DNA of 64,000 nt. Source: Callorhinchus milii. Taxonomy: Eukaryota. The translations under genes were made by a program, and so were the position numbers. This document shows positions 63,956 through 64,000 of the stretch, in pieces. The number at the start of each line of letters is the position of its first letter. Position 1 is the stretch's first letter. The notes beneath the pieces were generated by a model. It was not told the origin of the DNA. It did no database searches and saw only the letters and a program-made list of their open reading frames with translations. The stretch is from NCBI RefSeq assembly GCF_018977255.1, contig NW_024704745.1, positions 7,254,001-7,318,000 on the forward strand, written 5' to 3'.

Positions 63956-64000
63956 GCTAACTCCCTTTGAAAGCAGAAGGGAGATTCTCCTGGTGTCCTG

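Overview
Vertebrate genomic DNA, most likely a cartilaginous fish (inferred from Deu-domain SINEs, CR1/L2 LINEs and the APP sequence). The whole window lies inside one minus-strand gene, amyloid-beta precursor protein (APP). Six coding exons match human exons 2-7: 34091-34261, 24434-24563, 14626-14738, 12327-12520, 6678-6853 and the KPI exon 1268-1435. All are GT-AG with compatible phases. I found no exon 1, exon 9 or later exon in the window. The rest is intron, dense with decayed L2 and CR1 LINE pieces, two tRNA-derived SINE families, hAT-type MITEs and Penelope-like inverted repeats. The top finding is at the position of the mammalian OX-2 exon 8. There, two candidate microexons (25 nt at 758-782 and 17 nt at 549-565) each have consensus splice sites and share an identical upstream 10-mer. 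Each alone breaks the reading frame. Together they add an in-frame 14-codon insert, MGTGRQCLNEDLLR. Repeat boundaries are approximate and repeat family names come from recalled consensus sequences, not from a search.
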